Source: a virus | DNA length: 64,000 nucleotides | IMG/VR virus record: IMGVR_UViG_3300027896_000002 | Coordinates: 10,128 to 74,127 of that record | Direction: 5' to 3' (one strand) | Part shown: positions 48,153-58,220 of the stretch, piece by piece | Layout of the letters: each line of letters opens with the position of its first letter | Position numbering within the stretch: the stretch's first letter is position 1 | Program-made: the position numbers and the translations under genes | The notes under the pieces: generated by a model | The model's input: only the letters and a program-made list of their open reading frames with translations | Told to the model about the DNA's origin: nothing | The model's database searches: none

Positions 48153-49637
48153 TTAAACATAAAACCCACGGTCTGTGGTAGGGGTCACTAAAAATAAATT
48201 CTGTTTTGCCCGAGTCATGCCAACGTAGAAAACACGATTCTCAGCATCTGAATTTTTTTCCAAATGCTCTTCAGTTGAACGAGTTAAATCAGTCAATAAA
48301 ACTACGTGATCAGCCTCACCACCCTTAACTCCATGAATAGTGTCAAGATGCACTTTTGGAATGCCAGTTAACTTACGTCCTTTTTTTAAAATTGTAAGGT
48401 AATAGGAACGCTTATCGGCTGTCAATCCAGTCATGGCATCATGCCAAATACCTGGATCGAAGGAGACCAATCCCGACAACCGATAAGCGCCCGGTATTAA
48501 ATCTCGTGGTTTACCAAGATACTGTAAAATTTCTTCGCCCTTTATCTCATCTGTCATTCCGCCCTTTCGCAAGCGTTCATATTCTTGGATAATTTGTACT
48601 TCATCAGGGTTGACTGACACAAATGATCCTCGCATGGTATAAGAAATTCCCTGAGTTATACAAACCTCTTGTAGGATAGATAAAAAACAAACGTTGCGGG
48701 CAAGCAGCAACCAACTACCAGGTAAAGTTAAATCAATTTGATCAAGAGAAGAGCAGCGAACTACCCGGCCTAAATCATCACGAGGCTGTAATTTTTTCTC
48801 GTACCGCTTATCAATTCTTTTAGTCAAGGCCATGGCCTCATTAAAGATCATTTTAGGAAGACGATAGGAGTATGGCAAAATCTCACGCTCATTTTCTCCT
48901 AACTCTAAGAAGCGATTGATATCAGCCCCAGACCATTCATAAATTGCCTGGTCATCATCACCAGCGATATAAAGTCGCTTGGCCTTGGCAAAGGCAATAT
49001 CAACTACCTGCCACTGCAAGGGCGTTAAGTCTTGGGCCTCGTCAATGATCGTGGCCTCAACCCCAATGTCACCCCCATCTTTTACAAAATTCTGAAGCAT
49101 GTCGGTAAAATCAATTAAGCCACGCTTTTGCTTATAGGCCCTTAGAGTTTTTGAAAAGAGCTCAACCATGTGCCATGAAAGGTCCCAATCAGTTTGATGC
49201 CAAACGTCCTTTAAATCTTGCCCAATGTTTCGAGCAAGGTTATCTATGAATAACATCTTGTCACCGTCTCGCATTCCAGAATCATCGTCAATGATCATTT
49301 TACCAATGATTGGGATGCCAAGCAAATCGCCAATTTCCTTTAGGTGCTCAGTTCGTATCACCTGGTCTCTTTTTATTCCAAGTTGACGATAGCATAAAGA
49401 ATGAAGAGTCCTAAAAAAAAGAAAATCTTTTTCCTTCAACTTGAACTTTAGGGCCGCGCGTTGACATGCCTCGTTTACGGCCTTTTTAGTAAAGGAAACA
49501 AAGGCAATCAGGTGGGGCTTTAGGCCACGTGATAGTTCCTCATCCATAACTTCTAAAAGCCTGGTAGTTTTACCTGCCCCAGGACCTCCAAGAATCAACC
49601 TTTTATACATGGGGATTTTTTCTCCTTCCATGGCCAC
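48153..49637 (-). CDS. SF1 UvrD-like helicase
   Basis: GGPGAGKT, IDEAQD, GDDDQAIY, TIHGVKGGE, YVGMTRAK. Confidence 0.93.
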   Translation of the reverse strand: MAMEGEKIPMYKRLILGGPGAGKTTRLLEVMDEELSRGLKPHLIAFVSFTKKAVNEACQRAALKFKLKEKDFLFFRTLHSLCYRQLGIKRDQVIRTEHLKEIGDLLGIPIIGKMIIDDDSGMRDGDKMLFIDNLARNIGQDLKDVWHQTDWDLSWHMVELFSKTLRAYKQKRGLIDFTDMLQNFVKDGGDIGVEATIIDEAQDLTPLQWQVVDIAFAKAKRLYIAGDDDQAIYEWSGADINRFLELGENEREILPYSYRLPKMIFNEAMALTKRIDKRYEKKLQPRDDLGRVVRCSSLDQIDLTLPGSWLLLARNVCFLSILQEVCITQGISYTMRGSFVSVNPDEVQIIQEYERLRKGGMTDEIKGEEILQYLGKPRDLIPGAYRLSGLVSFDPGIWHDAMTGLTADKRSYYLTILKKGRKLTGIPKVHLDTIHGVKGGEADHVVLLTDLTRSTEEHLEKNSDAENRVFYVGMTRAKQNLFLVTPTTDRGFYV

Positions 49638-49974
49638 AGCAAGTTTTTTTTAACAGTTGTTTTTCAAGAAGTTGTAGCACGCGCCCACAAGAACATTTTA
49701 CCGTCCAATGGGTTGGGTATAAAAATGGGTGCCTCATGACCACGGTCAATTGGCCAAATTGCTGCCCGACATAATTACGGTCTTTTTTTAAATGACCATT
49801 AGGGCCCCCATGCCGACGGTTTAAGCCGTTACGCCGAGGCACTCCCCAGCGAGAGAGGTACTTAGCGATCGTAGGCGCAGTGGTTCTAAATTCACGTGCC
49901 AAAGCCCGAAGCGATTTTCCCTTTTTTATATAACCCGTAGTCAAAGCAGTTTTATGTTTATCCCAGAGTTTCAT
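49603..49974 (-). CDS. HTH-containing protein
   Basis: SLRALAREF.T...TI..YL.R.GV; GQQFGQLTV...CSCG resembles HNH-associated N-domains. Confidence 0.55.
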   Translation of the reverse strand: MKLWDKHKTALTTGYIKKGKSLRALAREFRTTAPTIAKYLSRWGVPRRNGLNRRHGGPNGHLKKDRNYVGQQFGQLTVVMRHPFLYPTHWTVKCSCGRVLQLLEKQLLKKTCCGHGRRKNPHV

Positions 49975-49986
49975 TCTTTTCTCCCT

Positions 49987-51489
49987 TTAAAACTCTTGGT
50001 CTTTAATTGATGGCACTTCAAGTGGCTCGGTCTGCGTTGAAAAAGCGGGGATTGCCCAAGCCCTAAAGAATTTTCCCTTGATCTTAAAGGTCTTTACCCC
50101 AGCCTTAAGCTCACGGAGAATGTTCCATGCCTTACGAGATTCAATCATAAATTTTTTCTTACGCAGCCATTCAAGTAAGTCCATTGATCTAAAATAAGTC
50201 CGCTCATTTTCAGTAAAAGGCTTGCCAAGAAGCATTTCTTCAGCTGAACGAGCCCCTGCTCGTTCAGTGCAAAAGCGCTCAATCATTGAAAGAAACTCAC
50301 CACGCAGCCCTGCGTCTTCAGGGGCAGGAAGTGGTTCAGCTTTGCTTAAAAGGTCCTTAATCAAGTTACGCCAAACATTGTCCTTGATCCGATTTGGCAA
50401 AATGTTAAAGCTGTCTACACAAGCCTTGGTAAAACGATTCTGGCTTAAAAAATCCTCTGATGAGGGCAGGGTCAACCGCTTGCCGTCTACGTTTAATAGC
50501 CACATTGGCGGATCAGTTAAAATCTTTATCATCCCGTCCATTATTATCCCTGGATCTTCTCCTGACCGCTTTAACCCAAATTCACGACGCGCACAAATTG
50601 ACCGATTGCAAACGAGCGAGATGGGTGGGTCACTACACTTATAAAAATAATCCTTACGGCCAACTGACTTTAGCGTTCCCTCTACCTCCTTGTCCTTTAA
50701 GGGAGGAATCAAGTAGCGTTTATTCATCTCCCCAGCTTTAACTTGCCAGCTGTCACCATATTTCATCTTGCAAAAAATAGCCAAGTTAAATAGGCCCTTG
50801 TTGCGAGTCCCTTCAGGAAAACCAGCTCGTGCCAAATGCTGTAGGCAAGGGGGACCGCCAACTAGTTCCTCATCTGTCTTTAACTTTAATTCCCCTATTG
50901 TCTTAGCCGTCGTTGAAAGCTTAGCGGCGTAAGTTAAAAATTCCTCGGGGGATAGGGCTTCACCCTTTTTAAGGGCGTAGCGGGTCGTTCTTGCCCCAGC
51001 GAAATAAGGCATATTAATCCATGAACCAACATCATCCTCACCGCCAAGCTCGGCCTGCTTTGGAAAGATTTCTACCTGTGGGTAGCCAAGGAGTACCGCC
51101 CACTCCATTAAATGGTCGCGCACAAATGCCGCTGGGGTTGGCTCACTTAGGAAAAGGTAGAGATGAGCCCCGCCACTTTTCGTGCGGCACACGACCAAAG
51201 GAAGCCCAATTCGATTGACAAGGGCCTCTAACGCAGTAAGGTCAAGGTTATAGACATCAATGTCAATCGCCCCGAAATGACAAAAGTTCTCATCATCAAT
51301 GGGCACGATGCCAAGCCCAACTTTACCAGCTAAGTGGGCTTTCCAAATTTCAACAGTGACAATTTCCTTGAGCGTTTTTGCTTGGCCACCAACTTTTCCT
51401 TGTGTATTTACACCACCCACAGTCTGATACGAGCCATGAGCTCGTTCAAGCCCCTTAAACAGTTCAAGGAACTGTTGTGCTATTGTCAT
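49987..51489 (-). CDS. AEP-type primase with PriCT-like domain
   Basis: GAIDID, TKSGGAHLY, EIFPKQ, GPPCL, EGTRN..LFN. Confidence 0.85.
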   Translation of the reverse strand: MTIAQQFLELFKGLERAHGSYQTVGGVNTQGKVGGQAKTLKEIVTVEIWKAHLAGKVGLGIVPIDDENFCHFGAIDIDVYNLDLTALEALVNRIGLPLVVCRTKSGGAHLYLFLSEPTPAAFVRDHLMEWAVLLGYPQVEIFPKQAELGGEDDVGSWINMPYFAGARTTRYALKKGEALSPEEFLTYAAKLSTTAKTIGELKLKTDEELVGGPPCLQHLARAGFPEGTRNKGLFNLAIFCKMKYGDSWQVKAGEMNKRYLIPPLKDKEVEGTLKSVGRKDYFYKCSDPPISLVCNRSICARREFGLKRSGEDPGIIMDGMIKILTDPPMWLLNVDGKRLTLPSSEDFLSQNRFTKACVDSFNILPNRIKDNVWRNLIKDLLSKAEPLPAPEDAGLRGEFLSMIERFCTERAGARSAEEMLLGKPFTENERTYFRSMDLLEWLRKKKFMIESRKAWNILRELKAGVKTFKIKGKFFRAWAIPAFSTQTEPLEVPSIKDQEF

Positions 51490-51580
51490 GACGTCGCGGC
51501 CTATATTTCATACCCCTATGTGCTTCACCACTTTTTATTCATTTAGGGGTAAGTTTTTTCCTTTCAAAGTTTTTGACAAC

Positions 51581-51621
51581 AACTGGATCAAGGGAAATTT
51601 TAAAAGACCCCTGATCCAGTT
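51581..51621. terminator. Hairpin downstream of the SSB-like gene
   Basis: AACTGGATCA/TGATCCAGTT. Confidence 0.5.
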
Positions 51622-51639
51622 TACTCAATGATCATTTCC

Positions 51640-52491
51640 TTAAAACGCATCATCCTGAACGACTTGATTTGATGGTTCCGCGGCTCTTGCCTTATTGCTA
51701 CTGATTTGCTGGCTAAATTGCTTGGCCAATTCATAAATGTCAACCTCAGAGGTAGGACTAAGCTTATGATCTAACTCGATCATGATACCTTTCCAAGTAC
51801 CTTTGTCATTGCTCTCGGTCACGGTCGTCAGCTTATAGCTGTGTGAAAACATCGGAGGCGTAAACTTCCCACCACTCTTTCCCACGAGCTTGATGGTCTT
51901 CATCAGGGTCATCCAATTTCGTGACTTCTTAAGCTGGGTAGAACTAAGAGCCAGAACAATCATTCTTGGCCCCTGTTCAGTTAGGTGAAGACAAAAATGA
52001 TAGCAGGTATCCACCAGCACGTCCCCATTGTCTAAATTAAACTTGCCGCTCGCGTCACGCTTCAAGACAGTGGTGTCTATATCTTCAAAAAGATGCTCAC
52101 CGCGATAACCACCACCCTGGTCACGTGGGACCCATTCCGTGAATTTGTGCTGATAGCTCGCGGGGACAATGACCACGCCTTTTTTGCCATCATATAATTC
52201 TTTAGTTGCCGTGTTTAAAAACATTCCTGGCTTAGCACCCTTGACATAAGCTCCGTTGTCCTCGGCGCATTGCGGAGAATTTGTTTGCAGCACGATCAAA
52301 AACGGCACGGCATAGGCATCTCGGCCTGCCATCTCGAAGCCAGCGTCTCGGTCAGCCTCAAAGTTCATGAGGCTGGCTGGCAAGTTCTTGGTAGCACCCA
52401 CCGGATGCCTTGTTGATACTTCTTTTCCTACTTTTTTTCCCGTATTTTTTTCGTCTGTCTTTTTCATGATTTCCTCCCTTTCGATTTTCAA
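51640..52491 (-). CDS. Putative ssDNA-binding/annealing protein
   Basis: PFL.VLQ..SP, STQLKKSR.W, acidic DDAF tail; likely start 52467. Confidence 0.65.
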   Translation of the reverse strand: MKIEREEIMKKTDEKNTGKKVGKEVSTRHPVGATKNLPASLMNFEADRDAGFEMAGRDAYAVPFLIVLQTNSPQCAEDNGAYVKGAKPGMFLNTATKELYDGKKGVVIVPASYQHKFTEWVPRDQGGGYRGEHLFEDIDTTVLKRDASGKFNLDNGDVLVDTCYHFCLHLTEQGPRMIVLALSSTQLKKSRNWMTLMKTIKLVGKSGGKFTPPMFSHSYKLTTVTESNDKGTWKGIMIELDHKLSPTSEVDIYELAKQFSQQISSNKARAAEPSNQVVQDDAF

Positions 52492-52601
52492 TGATTATTG
52501 GGTCTGTAATATCGCCACAGTGAAGACAGCGATAACCTTTAAAACGTTCTCCAGTTTCATGGTCAACAAACCATTCACGGCTTAATGGCCCGTGACAAAT
52601 T

Positions 52602-53177
52602 TCACACCTTAGCAGGCTTTTCTCTTGGCCGCTCAACCTTTGCCTCCCGGTATTCAAAAATTTCAAAAAACGTTGGCAATGGGTTACCGGCCTCAAGCTG
52701 CTCTTTTACGAAGGCCTTTAAGGTTCCGCCATGAATACTTTCCTTATGGGCAGAATCATAGCCCTTGGCCATTAATTCTTTTAAAAGTTTCAAAGCCTTT
52801 TTGTCTTCTTTCATGCCAAATTTTGTAACTACCTCATTTTTAATCAAGGAATCAAATTCATTTTCCCGCAACCAGGCAAAAGCCTTAAATTGATTCTCTG
52901 CCTTAATGCTAGCTTCAATTAGTTCTCTGATTGTTACCTTAATGCCAGAGGTTAACTTAAATTCACTAACCCCAATATCTCGCATTAGGTCAGGAATTAA
53001 TCTTCTTCTTAATTCATTTAATTTTAACTGCTTTTGTTCAAGCTTCTCAGTTAAATCCTGTATGACTTTTTCTTGTGTCAATAGAGCTTTGGCTAAAACA
53101 GATAACTGTTTTAACTGGGCATTATTTGGCATCACCATTGCCTCTTTTGCATCTTGTTCAAGGTTCATTTTTTTCAC
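52602..53177 (-). CDS. Conserved replication-module protein
   Basis: IPDLM...G, AF.WLRE...LIK, IH..TL.AFVKE motif, upstream of SSB-like gene. Confidence 0.65.
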   Translation of the reverse strand: MKKMNLEQDAKEAMVMPNNAQLKQLSVLAKALLTQEKVIQDLTEKLEQKQLKLNELRRRLIPDLMRDIGVSEFKLTSGIKVTIRELIEASIKAENQFKAFAWLRENEFDSLIKNEVVTKFGMKEDKKALKLLKELMAKGYDSAHKESIHGGTLKAFVKEQLEAGNPLPTFFEIFEYREAKVERPREKPAKV

Positions 53178-53434
53178 CTCCTTTCATTGATGGTCAATGA
53201 GCAGGATTCACACCTATAGGTTTCCAGCCCCACAGCTTGCTCTGGATAGCCATCATTGACCATTTCAACAATCACCATAGCTTTGACACAATTGGCACCA
53301 GCAAGGTCCTTCATAATCCTCGGGGTGCTCTTCCTCAGCCTCGGTCTTTTTCATTAGCTCATCGTACCGGTCACAATTTTCACGAAGGCTTTTTAACTCT
53401 TCCCATTCTTCAGGGGTCAAGATTTTTCACCTCC

Positions 53435-53698
53435 TTAATTTGGATTTCTTTTTGTAGGAGGATCTGACATTGATCCACCTGGCTTTTCAATTACTTCTCC
53501 CAGGGATTGTTCATCAAAATAAACCCAATCCAACGGTTTTCCATCCTTAAGTTCTGGAGATAATAACCCAACACGAGTGCAGCCATAAAGATATTCTGTC
53601 TTGCACATGGCCACTCCAATAAATCCAGTATGCATGTCCCTATATCTCTCTCCCAATTTTATCATTGCTTTCACCTCCTTCCTCTTTGACTTTATCAT
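53435..53698 (-). CDS. Hypothetical phage protein
   Basis: LG..Y.D..TGF.G......YL.GC, FDE motif. Confidence 0.6.
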   Translation of the reverse strand: MIKSKRKEVKAMIKLGERYRDMHTGFIGVAMCKTEYLYGCTRVGLLSPELKDGKPLDWVYFDEQSLGEVIEKPGGSMSDPPTKRNPN

Positions 53699-53818
53699 CT
53701 AAAAAATCTTGATAGCCATCGTATAAACCGTCCATGTAGTCTTTGCCATGAGGCTCGACACGAACGTCTTGAGTCTGTCCGTCAGCATACCCATGGATAT
53801 ATTCTTCCCAGTTTCTGC

Positions 53819-54391
53819 TCATAACTTCTCTTTAATTTTATCATCAACCAAAAACGTAGCTTCTTGGTCTGCTAAGATTAAAGCCCCAACCAGAGGCATT
53901 GACCGAATAGCCGCGTCAAGAGCATAGTGGTTGGGGTCTTGTTCCCAACTTGACATATGCCAACGAACGGCCAAGGCCTCGGCCTCGGTCAGGGCCATAA
54001 ACCGTTGTAAGATAGCCAGGCTCTTTTCCCCATGTCCCATTGGAAATTGGTCCTTGATTTCCCAAACTATTTTCTTTACCCATTGCCCAGTGCGATCATC
54101 TTTTACATTGCGGGTGCCCCTGACATAAAAGTTTATCTTGCAAAGGTCATGAAAAAGGCTAACTAATACTCGACTCTCTTCATCAACTTTTAAATCATGG
54201 TTTAGGGCTATATGCTCAAGCGCCGCATAGACATTTAAGCTATGGGTCACTAACCCTCCCTCAACGCTAAGGTGATTAAACTTTGAACAAGGAGCCTGAT
54301 AAAAATCAGTTGTGGCCAAGTACTTCATTAGGTCCTTAATCCCCTTGCGCTTGGCCTTAAGGTCAATCAACTTATTAAAGATGTCCCTCAT
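53819..54391 (-). CDS. HD-domain phosphohydrolase
   Basis: GGL..HSLNV, FHDLCK, GHGEKS, RWHM, AD. Confidence 0.9.
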   Translation of the reverse strand: MRDIFNKLIDLKAKRKGIKDLMKYLATTDFYQAPCSKFNHLSVEGGLVTHSLNVYAALEHIALNHDLKVDEESRVLVSLFHDLCKINFYVRGTRNVKDDRTGQWVKKIVWEIKDQFPMGHGEKSLAILQRFMALTEAEALAVRWHMSSWEQDPNHYALDAAIRSMPLVGALILADQEATFLVDDKIKEKL

Positions 54392-55047
54392 TTAGTTTGT
54401 CCTTTCTTGTTCAAATTTTTCCTTTAGCCTTTGAAATTCACCTTCAAATTTTTCTTTCCATGCTTGAAATTTAACATAACAGTCGTCACAAATAATGTCG
54501 CATTCTTCTAGAGTACACCCTGGAAAATCTTTTTCTAATTCTTCTTTCATTTCCCTTAGGTCTTCTGGGCTATCCTCTTCTAATTCTTTTTTACAGCGAG
54601 CGCACGTTTTCATTTTTTACAACCCCTTTTTAGCGATAAGAAATTCTTTTACTTGCTCAGGAGATAGATAAGCAATTCCTAAGTTATAACAAGAATCCTC
54701 TTCCACCACGAGATAACTTCCCTTGTACCCTGAACGAATGATAGTTCGCCTTAAATCTTTTTCCTTGCCCTTGATATCAGCTTGCAAGAAACAAGTGATT
54801 TTTTTAATTTTCATCACTCAACTCCTTCTAAAAAATATTGATCAATCAAAAACCTTATGTACCCTGGGCCATAATTATACCAAGCTTTTTCCCACATCTC
54901 AGGCCAATCTTGCTGCTTATATTCCTTAACCCAGGATTTAAAATCTTTTTTAAATTTTCCCGGGACCTGTTTCCATGGTGCCGAATAATCAGTCCCGTCG
55001 TCATTGACCATTCGCCGTAATGCCTTTAACAGGTCGATTGATCTCAT
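54392..55047 (-). other. Three small hypothetical ORFs (54392-54613, 54617-54817, 54814-55047)
   Basis: Tightly packed co-oriented ORFs. Confidence 0.55.
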
Positions 55048-56502
55048 TTATTTTCTTCTTTTTCCCAGCACTGCTTCAGCTGATTTTCTGGCTCTCTCAT
55101 GCACAGCGCGAACTTGTTCATCAGCCGTGTCGTTGGCAATCAGGTCAATATAAAGCACTGGGTGTTTTAACCCAACTCGATGGCACCGATCTTCTGATTG
55201 ATAGCGGTGCTCATAGGAAAAATCGTTTGAAAAGTAAAAGACCGTCTCCGCGGCATAAAGATCAATGCCAACTCCTGAGGCCTGTTGTCCCACTAAAAAC
55301 CTGGCCTTGCCTCCTTGAAAATTTTTAATCATCTCTGGCCGCTTGTTAGCAGGGATCCCGCCATGGTATTCAGTTACCTGATCATAACCATAAAGTTCCT
55401 TAAGCCTTGTCACAATGGCCATGATCTCGGCGCGAAAGCGAGCCCAAACGATCGTCTTGCCAGGGTGGTCCTCAATGAGCTCAAACAAGAGGTCAAGCTT
55501 AGGGTTTTCTTTTAAAGGCCTAACGGTGCTGGCACCAGGTTCTTTGGATGGCAAAAAGCCCCCAGTGATCTGCTGGCAACGCAATAACCGGGTGATCTGC
55601 AGCGGAGTTAAAAGGCGAAAGTCCTCAAACTCTAACACTCCTTCCTTTTCAACCTGTTGATAAAGGTGACGCTGCTGGGTGGAAAGGTCAACTCCAACAA
55701 CCTTATAGATCTTGGCGGGCAGGTCAAGGCACTCTGTCTTTTCTCGTCGATAGTAATGAGGCTTGAGCCTGTGGCGAAGGTCATCAAGGTGAATGTACTC
55801 GATTAATTCCTCATATTCCCAAGACTTGTCCCCCTTGCGGGTGAACTTTTTTTCCCACCGGCCGTAATTATGCCTGAAAGCGGCGTAAGAATAAAAGCCC
55901 AAGAGCTCGTAGCCTAAAAAAGCAAACTGGCTGTAAACGTCAAATGGAGACTGGGTCACGGGAGTGCCAGTTAAAATTCGCCGGTACTTGGCATGCCGCC
56001 CAAGGGAAATAATCCGCTTAGTGCGTTGGGCGCGAGGGGTCTTGATGCGGGTTGACTCGTCAACAACCATCAAGGTTGGAAATTGGTAAAGCAATTTTAG
56101 CGACAACTCATAAGCGGTCCTTGGGGAAGAGTAGGCTTCCACGTTGACAATGAAAAGCCGAAGGCGCCGTTCTTGAAGGGTAGGGGCCAAGAGCTCAAAG
56201 ACTGCCTCGTTAAAGTATTTAGCCTTTACCCGGCCCGCGCCATATTCCACCATCACGTAGGGACAGTCAAGGTGAAGCGGAACTTGATTTCTTGCCCAGT
56301 TGGAATGAACCCCGTTAGGGGCAACTACCAGCATGGCCTCAATCCGGTGAGCTTTAAAGAGTTTTTCCGCAGTGTCAAGGGCAATCTTAGTTTTCCCCAA
56401 CCCCTGCTCTAGTAGAAAGGCAAAGTTCTTTTTTTCCCACGACAGCTTCAAACATTCGGCCTGGTGCTTAAACGGAGTAGTCTTCATTTTGTGTCTAAGC
56501 AA
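55048..56502 (-). CDS. SNF2-family helicase
   Basis: EQGLGKT, VVDES, LTGTP, QSEDRCHRVG. Confidence 0.93.
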   Translation of the reverse strand: MLRHKMKTTPFKHQAECLKLSWEKKNFAFLLEQGLGKTKIALDTAEKLFKAHRIEAMLVVAPNGVHSNWARNQVPLHLDCPYVMVEYGAGRVKAKYFNEAVFELLAPTLQERRLRLFIVNVEAYSSPRTAYELSLKLLYQFPTLMVVDESTRIKTPRAQRTKRIISLGRHAKYRRILTGTPVTQSPFDVYSQFAFLGYELLGFYSYAAFRHNYGRWEKKFTRKGDKSWEYEELIEYIHLDDLRHRLKPHYYRREKTECLDLPAKIYKVVGVDLSTQQRHLYQQVEKEGVLEFEDFRLLTPLQITRLLRCQQITGGFLPSKEPGASTVRPLKENPKLDLLFELIEDHPGKTIVWARFRAEIMAIVTRLKELYGYDQVTEYHGGIPANKRPEMIKNFQGGKARFLVGQQASGVGIDLYAAETVFYFSNDFSYEHRYQSEDRCHRVGLKHPVLYIDLIANDTADEQVRAVHERARKSAEAVLGKRRK

Positions 56503-56632
56503 TCTCCGTCTGTGTTATAGGGGTCAAACGCATATCGACAACCCTCGTTAAACCCACAGTGAATGCAGGTACAAGTTTTATAATTAATCTCTAATTCTTT
56601 AAACCGGGTTTTTTCTTCTTTAGAAATTTTCC

Positions 56633-56830
56633 TCATATCAGCCCCTTTTGCTTGGCGAGCCACTCAGGAACCTCGACGATATGAGACCATTCCCGAAAGT
56701 CAACCTGGCTTTTTGGCAGCCAGTATTTTTTGTCATCGATTCGAATGTAAATGGCCAATGGCCGGTCTTCAAGCAGCTCGTCGAATTCAATCTCAACCAT
56801 CCCTGATGAAATTAGCCATCTCATTGTCAT
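56633..56830 (-). CDS. Hypothetical phage protein
   Basis: WLPKSQ...PEWLA..KGL motif. Confidence 0.65.
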   Translation of the reverse strand: MTMRWLISSGMVEIEFDELLEDRPLAIYIRIDDKKYWLPKSQVDFREWSHIVEVPEWLAKQKGLI

Positions 56831-56862
56831 AGGATCACTATCTCTTCTTATCTTAGTAGAAG

Positions 56863-56902
56863 GAAAAAAAATTGGAGAGAAGCTTTTAGGCTCCTCTCCA
56901 AT
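56863..56902 (-). terminator. Intrinsic terminator
   Basis: ATTGGAGAG...CTCTCCAAT followed by U-tract on the - strand. Confidence 0.75.
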
Positions 56903-56906
56903 AACA

Positions 56907-57728
56907 TTACTTTACGTCTACCTTTACCCAGCCTTGCTCTTTATACTCTGACTCAGAAACCTTCTTGAGCGGGTCAATCGCCTTGATGAGATAAAATTTT
57001 AAGGTAATCTTTGGGTCAAAGGTATTTACCGCAAATGCCCCAATGCCAGCAACGTTCGACCCCCAGGCAACGGGGTTAACCCCGCCCTGAAAACCCGCCG
57101 CCGAGCCACCCCCACCAGCGTTAGAGCCGATAGACTTTTGCGAGGTCTTGAACGAGACATCAAACCTGATGTTAGTAGTGTCCTTCTGCCCGAACAGGGT
57201 AATGACCTTTGGCACCAATGCAAGAAGGTCTTGGTCATAATCTTCAATTCTGGAAAAGCCCATCCACCTTCCACCCCTTGTGTAAGGCTCGACCCTAATA
57301 ACCTTGTCAGCTTCTTGAACGACCTTTTCCTCACCAGTGGCAGGGTTCATCCAGACTTTTTTCAACTTCAACCTTTGAATAGCGTAAAATTCAGGCACAT
57401 CTCCTTCAGGGATACGGCCTGCCATACCAGGAACCATCTGCAATAGGTATGGTGGTAAATTTTGCGGTTGCTGATAGTTCGGGTAAGATTGAATCACAGC
57501 CAAGGCACCAACATCATTGGTGCTATTATTTGTGGGGCTGCTGCTTGCAGTACCACTAATACTAGGGTTTATGGTAGGGCTAATGGTAGGGGCACTAACA
57601 GCAATCCCAACACCTTTCGAAATTGAATCTGACGTAGCAACCTGAGCTAAAGCCATGACAGGGCTCATCAGCACTACAATCACAGCTAATAAAATTGATT
57701 TTCTTATCACCTTGCTTCCTCCTTTCAA
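56907..57728 (-). CDS. Secreted hypothetical protein
   Basis: Signal peptide (...VMALA-Q), S/T/P-rich N-terminus, Gly-rich segment. Confidence 0.65.
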   Translation of the reverse strand: MKGGSKVIRKSILLAVIVVLMSPVMALAQVATSDSISKGVGIAVSAPTISPTINPSISGTASSSPTNNSTNDVGALAVIQSYPNYQQPQNLPPYLLQMVPGMAGRIPEGDVPEFYAIQRLKLKKVWMNPATGEEKVVQEADKVIRVEPYTRGGRWMGFSRIEDYDQDLLALVPKVITLFGQKDTTNIRFDVSFKTSQKSIGSNAGGGGSAAGFQGGVNPVAWGSNVAGIGAFAVNTFDPKITLKFYLIKAIDPLKKVSESEYKEQGWVKVDVK

Positions 57729-57779
57729 CTGGAAATTAGAATTAGAGGGAAGGAGAAATCCTTCCCTCCTCTAAGGCCA

Positions 57780-58187
57780 TTAAAAACTGCCAAAGGCCCC
57801 GCCACTGACATTTAGCTTGCCGGCAACTGCCCACCCATTAAGGGCAATTCCACCACCAATGGCGGTACCGCTGTTGCCTGCCTGATCGCCCTTAGTAGCT
57901 GTATAGGAAGAACCTTGTAACCCAACAGAGCCGGTGGCTGTGCTCAGATTTCCAGAAGAATTGACTGCAAACCCTGTGCCTCCACCAGAAACAGTGCTAA
58001 TTGCTCCACCATTTTTATCATTGGCGTAGGTAGACTCAGTAACCACTGCTCCACCTGCTGCCCCTGTTAGGTTACCAGCAGCCCCAACCACGGTAAGCTT
58101 TCCGTGGACGCCAAAACCATCCGCAAACACGGGAGTGGTCATTAAAGCAACCGCTAAAACTAAACTAACCAGTAACATCTTTTTCAT
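57780..58187 (-). CDS. Secreted Gly/Ala/Ser-rich protein
   Basis: Signal peptide (...PVFA-D), low-complexity beta-like sequence ending in Phe. Confidence 0.7.
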   Translation of the reverse strand: MKKMLLVSLVLAVALMTTPVFADGFGVHGKLTVVGAAGNLTGAAGGAVVTESTYANDKNGGAISTVSGGGTGFAVNSSGNLSTATGSVGLQGSSYTATKGDQAGNSGTAIGGGIALNGWAVAGKLNVSGGAFGSF

Positions 58188-58220
58188 GATCTTCCTCCTT
58201 TTTAAGATTAAGGTTAAACG

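Noticed and set aside
53200-53250. tRNA gene
   Set aside because: Only a T-loop-like hairpin; no cloverleaf, D-arm or acceptor stem
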